64,000 nt of DNA from Mobula hypostoma (Eukaryota): NCBI RefSeq assembly GCF_963921235.1, contig NC_086097.1:68326001-68390000 (forward strand). The letters are read 5' to 3'. The translations under genes and the position numbers were made by a program. How positions within the stretch are numbered: position 1 is the first letter of the stretch; every line of letters starts with the position of its first letter. Below are positions 1 through 11,554 of this stretch, piece by piece. The notes under the pieces are model-generated. The model was not told the origin of the DNA. It made no database searches and was given only the letters and a program-made list of their open reading frames with translations.

Positions 1-689
1 GGACAGTAGGTGGTGAAGCACATCTCTGGGAAGAAATGATCCCTAAATCACAAAGCTAATATTAATGTGGTGAGGGACAGAGAGAAATCCAAAGTAGAAC
101 TTCTGAAAAAAAGATGAGGGAAATTCTGAGCCACTTGAGAAAAGACCCAGCCAAGATAAATTGGATCTAAATATTAGTAGGTAAAATTGAAAAGAACAAT
201 TTTTTGTACAATCTTTATAAATGCACTTAAGCAGAAATGCTACTGAACCAAGCCAGCGAACTTGGATGGCAAAGGATACGGAGTATATTATGAAAGGACA
301 ACATTCCACGTATGAAACATGCCAGGAAATAATTCCAGTAAAAATATAAGTGAATATAATAAGTTAAGATGAGACTACAAAAGGAAAACATGAGGAAAGA
401 AGGAACATAAAAAAAAAGGGCGGCTAACGTAAAAACCTTCTGTAGTAATGCAATGGGCAGGTGGGTAATAAGAAGAGAGATAGGATAGTTAGGGATAAAG
501 CAAGTGAGCTATAAATGGAATCAAACTGGGCACCTCATTTGACTTTTTACCAAAAAAAATTCTGTCAAAATCTTAGTAGAATGGGAGGTGTAAACATAGT
601 TGGTTGGTTGAAAATTCAGAAGGAGGAGGTACTAGAAAGGCCAGCTACATTTTAACTTACCAGGTCCAGATGGGATGCGTCATTGGCTG

Positions 690-1330
690 CTTATGGAGGT
701 GGGATGGAGATTTCAGATGGCTTTGTCATAAACTTCCATTCTCTCTATACAAAGGGGAAATGCCAGAAACTAGAAAATGGCAAATGTAATACTCTTTTTC
801 AAAGAGCAATGTAAGGGCATGCCACACAGTTGCAGGGTAGTTAATTTAACCTTGGTTTTCAAGGTTGCAGAGAGATTAATCACAGCAAACCTTCATGAGC
901 AACGGAGAAGTTTGTTTGATAAAGAGAAGCCAGCACAGATTTGTTATTGCCATGTTGTGCTTGACTAGCTTCCTTATAATTTCTGATGAATCAGAATCAG
1001 TTTTATTATCACTGTCTTATACGATATATGTTGTTTTACAGCAGTACAATGCAAAAATATTTAAAAATTACTATAAGTTCCAAAATAAATAGCACAAAAC
1101 AAAAGAAATAATGAGTTAGTGCTCATGGTTCATGGATCATTCAGAAATATGATGTTTCTGAATCATTGAGTGTTGGCCTTTAAGCTTCTAAACCTTCTCC
1201 CTGATGGTAATAATGAGAATACAGCCAGTCAATGAAAGAGGTACAAATGTTACCCAAAAGGTGTTTGATAAAGTTCTATAACAAAAGCTGGTGAACATAC
1301 TGAGGCTCATGGAATTGAAAGGTCACAATA
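690..1330 (+). mobile_element. Degenerate CR1 LINE ORF2 remnant, interrupted by a Rex1-type 3' tail (~988-1225, minus)
   Basis: Translation MANVILFFK...SCRVVNLT resembles CR1 'ANVTPLFKKG..NYRPVSLT'. GAATCAGAATCAG tail at ~988. Confidence 0.6.
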
Positions 1331-4300
1331 TGCATATAATTACTGCTGCAAAGCTGCAAGTTCTGTCCCATGATCAATCTGATTTATACTGCAAGATATT
1401 GAAAAAATACTCAATTCCAAGACACAGTGGTACCTAGGAACTGGATATTCTCTCCTGGGCGCAGTTCCATTTCCTCCTCACCCAGAGACTTCAAAGGATC
1501 CAGACATGCCGGTGTAAGATGTTCCTTTCCTCAAAGCCTTGTTTAAAATATACCCAACGAATGCTGGATGCCTACTAATAGACGTCAAGGAAATTGAAGT
1601 ATAGAAATAATGAACTGGGAGCTTTAATTTCTGATATCAACCAGATATCAAAAATGGCTCAATAGCAGCCAGCTATAAAGCTTGCTACATCTTGCTGGTG
1701 GTTCTGAAATGGAAGTGGAACATCCATACAAGGACAGGTATGGTGCCATTGGAATGTATCTTTGAATGAGGGCCCTATTTGCCTGTTGTGTTTTTAAATA
1801 GTTGACATTATTATGGAAAGGAGCCCACAGGAGTGATACTATATTCCTGTTGTTGTTTCTGTGGGCTGCAAGGTTAAAATTTATCCCACAAGTTTGATGC
1901 GTCCTGACATTATTCTGTTACTCATAAAGGTTCTCAGAATAGGCATTTAAGTTATCTGACAGTCCACATCCCTATTATTTGCAACTACTTCAGCATTCTC
2001 TGCATTAATTATATATAGCTTTATGCAGATACAATGTACACAAATGTAAGAAAATTTACACTGACGACATTTATTTGTCACAATCGATAGGGTGCAGTTC
2101 ATAGTTACAATAGAAGCTTTCTCACAATTAAACTGTCAAGGTCACTGTGAAAACCCTTAGTTATATCTGAGGTCTGGAACAAATAGAGCACCTCAGAGGT
2201 CAGTGTGCGTAAAAAAAAAAAGAACATGAACAGAAAAAGACCGATTGGGCCACATTTGGGGCAACAATTAGCTAAGTAGCCATGAGGCTAGGGACAGAAG
2301 GACAGGGATTTCTCAGAATTGTTGATCAACTAAGTGGTTGGTGGGTGATGAAAAGGAGGGGAATAGCACACAAGTGAGTGGGAAAGGAATGTCTGAGATT
2401 CACGAGGTGAGTTAATGAATTGGACCAAGGGGAGGTTGGGGATCTTCAGCCCGTATTGAAGAGATGAAGCTATCAAGGATGTCAGTACATAGGATAGGTT
2501 GATGCTGAGCCTTATGGATGGCTGAGGGTTGGGAACAGCCAGACCCAGCCTGAAGAGGTCGGGAGTATTGAAAACAAGGGGCTTGGAGGAGATATTTTTT
2601 AAAATGGTTGTGAACGTTAAAATATATGGGACTTCACTTAATAGGATGCTCACTGGTTAGCATGCACAGGCTGGGCTGAAAGCTTGTTTCCATGATGTAC
2701 AATTCTATAATTCTATGACCTAATCCTTTGTTGGTCCAAGAATGCCCATTGATGGGCACTCACTGGCAACATTAACTTAATTTTCCCCAAAATGTTTTAA
2801 ATGAATACCAATGGAGATAAGGTAAATGGATGCCTATTTAAAATAGAAAATACAACAGGCAGACAAATGCAACCAATATTGTCCCAAGAATGACCCAAAT
2901 AGAAGTTATTATTTTATTATTGCATATCATTCCAAATAGTCATTTTCAGTTGCATGGTGCTAAAATAAATAGTACTGGGGAATTTAGTTCCTCGGTAATA
3001 ATGAATCATATGGGTAAGATCTTTTCTCTAGAATTTGGAGGATTTGAACACCAGAAAACAGATCCTCAAACCTGAAATTTATTATCCAAATGAATCAGTA
3101 ATCTTTAACAGGACCACTAAGCTCACTAGGCTTGCTATCATTCTTTGCCCTGTTGTATACTGAAGCACATATTATGACTGAATAAATCCTTCAGCAATAT
3201 ATCTTTATTCCAGTAACATGCAGAGACTGATCGTAAAGATCTGATCAGTCTATCAGTAAACAAGTCCAAATACAATAACATATAACATTTAATCTGTATT
3301 TCTGAAAAATTGGCTAAAGGCAACTTAACTAGCTGTTGAGAACATCTGGTGTAGATTTCCTCTGTTTCATTACAAGACATTTACTATCTGCCACAAGAAG
3401 CAGCTTCACACTTCACTCTGAGAGCAGAGCTAATTGAAAGGTCTTTCCCTGGTACCAGGAGGTAATTAACTGGAGAATGCTTGGAACAGAGACTTCACAG
3501 AGGTATACAATTTTGAGACAGCTCTCCAAAAGCTCATAACAAAAACATTCACAAGTTGATTTAAAAACTTTTCATGGAGCCAGCACTAACACAATTATTT
3601 CAGAAAGCCTTTTTGTCAGAAGTGTAGGGCAAACTGATACCCAAGGAAGGTTGTAAATTCTGCTTAATATCAAAGACAAATGGGATTCCCTACCATTTCT
3701 CAATACTCTTCTCAAGGTGTGGCTTCTATTTTTATCTGATGAAAACTAAAATACATTTTAAGGTTTGAAGACTTGAAACTTTAAATTTGCAATCAGGCTT
3801 AATTTGTTCAGATAGTTTATGGGAATTCTAAGTAAATCTGCCAAATGCATTAAGGCTGGGGACTCAATGAGAATTTATAAATTGGAGGACTAACTCAAAA
3901 AAGTGCAAAGCACCAGACAATTCTGAGTCAAGTTTGTAAAAACATTCAATTGAGTAGCAAAATTTTTAAGCCTTCTATGATTGCACTTGAATGTAAAATT
4001 AATTGTAAAATACACATAAGAGCTTTCATGTCCATGGTATTTTGTACAAACTTTAATTAGCCAGTTCCTTTTGCAATTTGCTTTGATGTATGAATTACAT
4101 AAAGACCATATGTATGGCATCAATCCATGTGCACTGCCCAAATCTTGGCTTCTTTATGAAATTGAATCATCAATAATTGACAAGTGATGAGGACTACATG
4201 CAGGAAAGCTTAGCTTTAGAGCAGAAACAGCCCTGAACCTGTGCAACTTGGAAGGAATATCAGCAAAACAACAATTTTCCCGACATACTGTATGTCAGTA

Positions 4301-4789
4301 ATATTAAACCTGATTCTGATTACGATTATGATCACTTGTAGTTTTCACAAGGAATCATTTGGAGCTAAGCATACTTAATTTTGCTAACAGACAACAGCAG
4401 CTTGAAGTCTCGTGCTATGTTTGCATGAAAGTTGAGATCAAGTTTGCATTCATTTCTGCTAACAATTGCTGCTTTAATGGGAGTCCACAACAAAAAGAAG
4501 GCAAAGAAGAAACAACTTGCTGGATGAGAACAAAAGTTAGGGTGGGCTGGGAAGGACTTCTACATTGAAGGCTTATGTTTTCAATGCTACACCAAGGCAA
4601 AGTTCTAAAGAGAGAACTTCAGCCGTTCAGCTGTACCTGCACAGGATTGCTTGCAGAGCATAAACTCACCAGTATTCTGTTCCATGGAGAATACCACAGA
4701 TGCTCCCTGATCAAACACTGAAGAATTTATTTCCTTCTACTGGAATAAAGAGTCCAAGGCATATAGATTTGTCAGAAATTCAGACTTTC

Positions 4790-4915
4790 TGAAGGCTGTT
4801 AACTGAAAATGTTAACTTTGTTTCACCCTCACAGATCTTGCCTGGCCTATTGAGTATTTTAGCATTTTCTGTATTTGCTTCACATTTCTAACATCTGCTG
4901 TTTATTTTTCTCTCT
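4790..4915 (+). repeat. Old Penelope pseudo-LTR/3' tail fragment
   Basis: cagatcttgcctggcctattgagtattttagcattttctg...aacatctgc resembles the tails at 20866 and 56903. Confidence 0.5.
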
Positions 4916-5079
4916 TCAAGTGAAAAAATACTATTTCCATTTGGAATCTAATAACATTGCTATCATACTCCACATATTTCTCATATATACCAGGGTGCAA
5001 AAAAGTTCCTTGCTCTTGCGAAACTCACAGAGTAAACAGCATATATGATAATAAAAGACAATAAATTCCTTGGCGTTAT

Positions 5080-5562
5080 CACTTCAGAGGATCTGTACTG
5101 AATCCAGCACATATCCAATCAAAACTTTCCATGGAGGGCTTCCAGACCATTCGGGCTGACCGGAAGTGCACTGAGAGCGGTAAGCGTAAAGGAGTTGGGG
5201 GCTTACTGTTCTGGTTAACAACGGATGGTGCAATCCGGGTCATATTACGATTGAGGAACGTGTTTGTAGACCGGATATTGAACTTTTTGCTGTTGGACTC
5301 CGGCCATATTCCACCAAGGCACAACACTGGGCGTCATGGGAGGTTGTTTCTACCTGTGGCCATCGAACTTTGCAGCTCCTCCCGTGGAGGGTCAGACACC
5401 CTGAGCCAATAGGCTGGTCCTGGACTTATTTCCATCTGGCATAGTTTGCATTTTGTTGTTTGTGGTTTTTGTATTGCTATATTTATGCTCTATTCTTGGT
5501 TGGTGTGGCTGTAACGAAACCCAATTTCCCTCGGGATCAATAAAGTATAACTATCTATCTAT
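5080..5562 (+). mobile_element. Rex1/Babar LINE, internally deleted (endonuclease fragment joined to 3' end)
   Basis: EGFQTIRADRKCTESGKRKG endonuclease-like peptide runs directly into a 3' UTR with AATAAA and a (CTAT)n tail. Confidence 0.7.
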
Positions 5563-7587
5563 TCACCCATGCCATTACAAAGATGGCAAGGCAGTGCCTC
5601 TACTTTCTTAGAAGTAGATTCGGCATGTCATCTAAAGCTGTGACAAACATCTGTAGATGAACAGTGGAGAGAATCCCATCTGGTTGCATCATGGAAGCAC
5701 CAATGCCCATCATCGGAAAAGCCTACAAAAAGTAATGGATACAGCCCAGTACTTCACAGGAAAAGCCCTCCCCACTGCTGAGTACATCTACAAGCAGCAC
5801 TGCCACATGGAAGCAACATCCATCATCAAGGACCCCCACCATCCAGTACATGTTCTTTGCTCACTGTTGCTACTGGGAAGGAGGCACAGGAACCTTAGGT
5901 CCCACACCACTAGATTCAGGAACAGTTATTACCCTTCAATTATCAGGCTCCTAAACCAGCATGGATAACTTTACCCACCTCAACACTGAACTGATTCCAC
6001 AACCCATGGACTCACTTTCAAGGACTCTACAACACATGTTCTCAATATTATTTGTTACTTTTTTTTATTTTTATTTTTTTATTTGCACAGTTTGTCTTCT
6101 TTTGCACGTTGGTTGTTTGTCCATCCTTGTGTGTAGTTTTTCATTGATTCCGTTGTATTTCTTTGCATCTACTGTGAAGCCTGCAAGAAAATGTATTTCA
6201 GGGTAGTACACGTTCAAGTTGAAGTTCAGGTTTATTGTCATTCACCATACAGCTCAATGAAACATTTCTCAGGGACCAAGGTGAAAAGCACAGTACATGT
6301 TTCACATACAGCACATAAATAATATTAACACAGTGATATTAATACGATATTATTCTGATGTAAAAGTTGACATAAAGTGAAGCTATGACATTTAGTTAAG
6401 TATACAACAGCATACTGCTACTAGCGCTAACATAAATAATAAGTACTGGGAGTCAGCATGGTGTTTAGAAGTCTCACAGTCTGGGGAAAGAAGCTGTTAC
6501 CCAGCCTAACAGTCCTTGTTTTCACATTGCAGTCCCTTCTGCCTGATGATAGGTGGTCAAAGACATTGTGGGGCAGATGGGAGGGGTCCTTGACAATGCC
6601 GGGGGCTCAACAAATGTAGCACTTCTGATACATATCTGGGATGGAGGGTGGGGGGGACAGAGACCCCGATGCTTCTCTCAGCAGTCCTCACAATCCACTG
6701 CAGGGTCTTGTGATCAGATGCCTTGTAATTTCCACACCAGATGGTGATACAGATGTTCCGATGGAATGTAGTTAGAATGGGGTGGGAAACCTCGCACACT
6801 TCAAACGCCTCTGGAGGTGGTGGTACTTCTGTGCTTTCCTATCTAAAGAGGTGGTGTTGAGGGACCAGGTGAGATCATTTGTGATGTGCACTCCAAGAAA
6901 CTTGGTCCTCCTGACTTTCTCCACTGAGCAGCCATTGATGTGCAATAGGGAGTGGTCAGCCTGCACCTTCCTGAAGTCCATAATCATCTCTTTAGTCTTG
7001 TCCACATTGAGACTCTAGTTTTTGTGTTTGTACCAGTCCATAAGCCACTCTACCTCCTCTCTGTATGCTAACTCATCGTTGTTGCTTATGAGGCCAACCA
7101 CTGTTGTGTCACCAGCAAACATAATGATGTGGTTAGAGCTGGAACTAACTCTCTGAGGGCAATAGTGCTCAGCATGATGGAACTAGAGATATTACTGCCA
7201 ACGTGGACTGTCTGAGGTCTCTACGTCAAGAAGTTCAAGCTCCAGTTACAGAGGGAGACATTGAGAGCCAGCAAAGATAGTTTACCCACCAGCTTCTGAG
7301 GAATGATCAGGTTGAATGCCGAACTGAAGTTGATCAACAGTATTCTGATGTTGGAGGCACCATTCTTTAGATGGGACAGGACTGAGTAGAGGCAGAAGCT
7401 GTTGTGTCCTCAGTGGACAGATTCGGGCAATATGTGAACTGGTAGGGGTCCAATCTAGTGGGAAGGCAGGATTCAAGGCAGTTCATGACCAGTTGCTCAA
7501 AGCTCTTCTTTATTACTGAAGTCAGTGCCACTGGATAGTAGTCGTTAAGGCAGGTTACCATCAGACTCTTGAGCACTGGGATGACCG

Positions 7588-8790
7588 TCTTCTTCATGTG
7601 CCTTGCGTGTTACACACATGGGCGATCATGGCACTCCACATCGAACGATCCCTCGCAGTGTCAATGATATCTCGCGCACTGAGATCTGTTAGTTCTTTCA
7701 CAGTGTCCATATATTTTCTTCTTTGCCTTCCTCTTCCACATTTCCCAGGCATACGGCCTTGTAATGTAAGGCATTCTATTTCTCTCTTTCTGATGACATG
7801 GCCCAGGAATTTAAGTTTCCTCTCATTTAATGTTCTCATTAAAGATCTTTTTGTATGGGCACATTGAAGTACTGTCTCATTAGTTACCCCATCTCTATAT
7901 GATATTTTCAGCATTCTTCCAAGAAACCACATTTCTGTTGCTTCTAAATTTCTTTGGAGTTCTGGTGTTATAGTCCATGTTTCGGAAGCATACAGCAAGA
8001 TTGACCAGATGTAACATTTTAGTAGCCTGAAGCCTGATTTATACTTCTGCATTATCTGGACACCATAACCTTCGCAAGTGACTCACGCGCGTTGTGAGCA
8101 TTTATATTTGTGCGTTGGTGTGTCTGCGTTGCTCTGCAATTCACGCACGTCATGCATGCGCACACACCTGCCCATGCAAGGCTTCATGGTCATGGTAGTC
8201 TTTCTCGGGGTAAACGAGACACAAGCGTCTTTTTTCGTAAAAGCGAAATGTGTCCACCATAATTTCGGAGATCTGTAAAGCTTTATAGAAATTATTGCAG
8301 CCAGAGTTCCTTCCCCGCCCTTCAGTCATCCAATGGGAAACTATTGCGGTGTAGGATGAAATGCGATGTTACCAAGCGGACCAATCACAGCTGTTGCGTT
8401 CTGCATTGCCACAATGCGCGGTTACATTTTGGGAGAGGTGCGCGTCACAGCAATGCAGGCTCTCGCGTAGGGTTCCGCGTTGGCTTTGTGTAGGGTTTGC
8501 GGTGACGCAGTACTTACGGCGACGCGTTGATGCAGAAGTATAAATCAGCCTTAAGCCTTGTTGTCATAGAAATGTGTCAGTTGGTAAAAATGGGTTTCAT
8601 TTTTTGGAAGTTGGTTTTGGCAATGGCATTTCTTCTTTTTATTTCTACTTTACTTCCAGCATCTTGTGATATAAAACTACCAAAGGCAATTAAAGCTGGT
8701 CTTTTGTTCAATCTCTTGGTTACCGATGTACAATTGGCTGTTGGGAGTATCCTGCTGTTTTGATATTACCATTTGATATTGATATTTGAT
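7588..8790 (-). mobile_element. RTE-clade (BovB-type) LINE 3' fragment
   Basis: LLKCYIWSILLYASETWT...GRGRQRRKYMD...ARDRSMW C-terminus and a short GAA tail. Split by the MITE at 8031-8551. Confidence 0.85.
8031..8551. mobile_element. PIF/Harbinger-type MITE
   Basis: 24-bp TIRs AG(C/G)CTGATTTATACTTCTGCAT(T/C)A match at 22/24. 3-bp flanks TGA/TAA. Removing it restores the RTE frame (MTTRLRLLKCY). Confidence 0.85.
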
Positions 8791-8917
8791 GGTGGCAGCT
8801 TAAAACCTGTAGGGACAGTGGACTGTTTTAGAGAGATGTTAATTGCCAGTGATAATATCTGCTCACTGAACTGCAAAGTCTCTCAGCATCCGACCAGGTA
8901 TGTTGTCAGGCCCTGCA

Positions 8918-10228
8918 TGTCACACTGGCGGGGCACTGGGAGCAAGGGTGGACCCAAATGCAAGACACATCTTGTGAGGTTACTTAAATTTAGTTTATTG
9001 ACAGAAGCAGGAATAGCGAACAGGATAAAGACTCAGGACTACGACTAGGCTGGGACCAAGGGTCTGGGCTTGGACTTGGAATCGGCTCCCAGAACTAGAG
9101 GAGACATGAAGAGGCTAGGGTATGGACTCCGAGCCAGAGACTGGGCAAGGACCCAGTACCTGGGTCTTGCCTTGGGCTCGGACACCAGAACCAGGCAAGG
9201 ACATAACGTGGGCTAGGGAGAGGAGGAACATGGGAACATAGAGCCTCGGTCTCAGGAGAGCAGGTACATGGAACCATGGACACATACACAGAACACAGAG
9301 TCGGGACCCCTCCTTGGGTACAGGACATAGGGCTGGGACTCACGCACTGAACAGAGAGCCGGGATCCCTCCTTGGGTACAGGACATAGGGCCGGGACTCA
9401 TGACCCTCCGTGGGGCAACGGCAAGACGTCCTGACTTACCCCACGGAGGTGAGAATAAGACAAGACAGAACATGACCCCCTGCGGGGCAATGGCAAGACT
9501 GCCTGACTTGCCCCACAGAGGCGAGGAGCAGACAAGACAAAACATGACCCCCACGGGGCAACAGCAAGATGGCCTGACTTACCCCACGGAGGCGAGGACA
9601 AGACAAGACCAACACGAATGGACACCAGACAGTACCTATCTAGCTTCAGCGATGGAACTAAACCGAAGTGCAGGCGGGGGCTGCAGATGAGGGCTAGGGG
9701 GGAGAGGGGCAGAGAAGGGATTCAGACAAGGGGGTAGGACAGGGATCACGGACCGCCAGGACCAGGACTTGACTTGGTGCTTGAATGCCACCGGAGCCAG
9801 GACTTGACTTGGAGCCTCCGGGTAGTGGCGAGCTCTCGACTCGCCCCGGGAACAGTAGACAGCGGTTCTTGATTCCCTCCGGCGGGTTAACTGACGGATC
9901 CACCTTGATACTGAAACTTTGCAGGATCGCTTTGGCGAGGTAACTGGACAGGGTTGCTCCGGTGAAGAAAGGCGAATTACCGGCACTCGCTTCGGCAGAG
10001 ACTAGGCTTGCTCTGGCCAGATGACATTGGCACGCCATGACTTTGCAGACTTTGCAGATGCTCTCATGCCGAACGGCTGAAAGCCGGAGACTATAAACTA
10101 CCGGTTCAGCCGAGTGTTAGTTGCCTCTAATCACCAAAGTCGAGGGACATGGGAAAACAGGGAATTAACGGTCCGGATCATAACATAAACAAGGTAAATT
10201 TAAAGGGACCCCGATCCGGACCATGACA
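8918..10228 (-). mobile_element. Gypsy-type solo LTR (1311 bp)
   Basis: TGTCA...TGACA termini, perfect 5-bp TSD CTGCA (8913-8917, 10229-10233), AATAAA on minus near 8994, internal tandem repeats. Confidence 0.85.
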
Positions 10229-10789
10229 CTGCAGCTTTGAGCAAATTGAAGCTGACTAGGGGGGTGGGGCCTTCCTCACGGGCACATCATTCAGTGCATG
10301 AAACCATGCGTAAAAGGCATTCAACCTATTAGGAAGGGAGGCATCACTGTCATCGACATGCAGTGTGGCCTGAAAGTCCGCTCTAGTCTGAATGCCTGCC
10401 ATATTCCTCACATGTGTAGATTCCTTGTGTATAGTCCTATTTCGCCTCCTGCTGGTGTGGGTAAGTGCAGCTCTTGCACACCTGAGAGCTGTCTTATCCG
10501 CAAAATTGAAGATAGCATCCCATCCTTTCAGCAGTGACCGGACCTCTGTTGTCATTAGTGGCTTCTGATTGGCCCAAGTGGCGATAGATTTAATGACAGA
10601 GTTGTCCTCTGCACACTGCATATAGCCAGTCATAGATCCTGCATGTTCATCAATGTTTATATAATGATCATAGGTCATATGGTGACATATATGTACTTGG
10701 ATCATAAACTTACTTTGAACTTTAAGAAATACAATGACAAGTGCAAAACAACAGATTAATGGCAAGATTGTAGTACAAACTGAAGAAGT

Positions 10790-11340
10790 GGATAAGAAAT
10801 GGAGAGTTCAAATTAGGATTTGATACACTTGACACCAAAGAGATGTGAAAGAGGTGACTGGTTCAGAAGTCTGATAACAGTGGGGAGGAAACTGTTCTTA
10901 GGTCTGAGGAACACTCACAATGCGCTGGAGGAACTCAGCAGGTCAGTCAGCATCAGTTGAAAAGATTAGTCGACGTTTCGGGCCGAAACCTGGGGTTTCC
11001 TTTGACAACAGCATCTGCAGATTATTTTGTGTTCTTAGGTCTGATTGGCTGGACTTTACCTTATCCAAAGAAGGTAGAAAATGGAAAAGGAATGAATAGG
11101 ATAGCAGGCATTCTTGATGATACTATTAGCCTTCCTGATGAATATGGACTGGATGGTAGGAAGTGACAAGCCTCAGATGGACTGGGTAATGATTACCACT
11201 CGTTGTAGGTTCAGTTGGTCCAGAACAGAGCGGTTGCCATACCAGGCTGAGATGCAACTGCTCAGAATACTTTCTATAGCGCATCCTTGGAAGTTCAAGA
11301 GTATCTTAGTGGACAAGCCAAATCTTCTCAGAGTTCTTTG
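10790..11340 (-). mobile_element. Rex1/Babar 3' fragment
   Basis: Similar to the other Rex1 3' ends (ggttcagaagtctgataacagtggggaggaaactgttct; ccataccaggctgagatgcaa). Confidence 0.6.
10908..11029. mobile_element. Miniature Penelope derivative made of two inverted tail fragments
   Basis: Left arm is an antisense Penelope tail and right arm is a sense tail end. Flanked by a 15-bp direct repeat TGTTCTTAGGTCTGA. Confidence 0.75.
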
Positions 11341-11367
11341 TATTTCTTGTATATGCTGTATTTATTT

Positions 11368-11398
11368 TATATATATATACACACACACACACACATAC
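11368..11398. repeat. (TA)n(CA)n microsatellite
   Basis: Directly visible. Confidence 0.9.
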
Positions 11399-11554
11399 AG
11401 TATATTTTGAAACAAAAAGATGTTTAATCTGGATGGTAGATCCCCCAACTTTCCACAAAAGCAGTTATAGTTGGTTAGCAAATGGAAGCAACAATATAGG
11501 CAAAGACCTCTGCTTTCTGATAGTGCTATGATTGGGTGCTTGAATTTTGACATT

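Larger units (their letters stand above)
6211..10675 (-). mobile_element. Rex1/Babar LINE, degenerate, hosting an RTE fragment and a solo LTR
   Basis: Fragments KTKEMIMDFRK, CLNDYYPVALTS, LDPYQFTY and LPNRLNAFYAWF. Tail at ~6211. Confidence 0.85.
5563..10722 (+). mobile_element. Rex1/Babar 3' fragment (5563-6210) whose terminal tail (10676-10722) is displaced by nested insertions
   Basis: IIKDPHHP..RSHTTRFRNSYYPSIIRLLN C-terminus. The 3' UTR breaks after 'cagggtagta' and resumes 'tatggtgacatatatgtact...ttactttgaacttt'. Confidence 0.75.
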
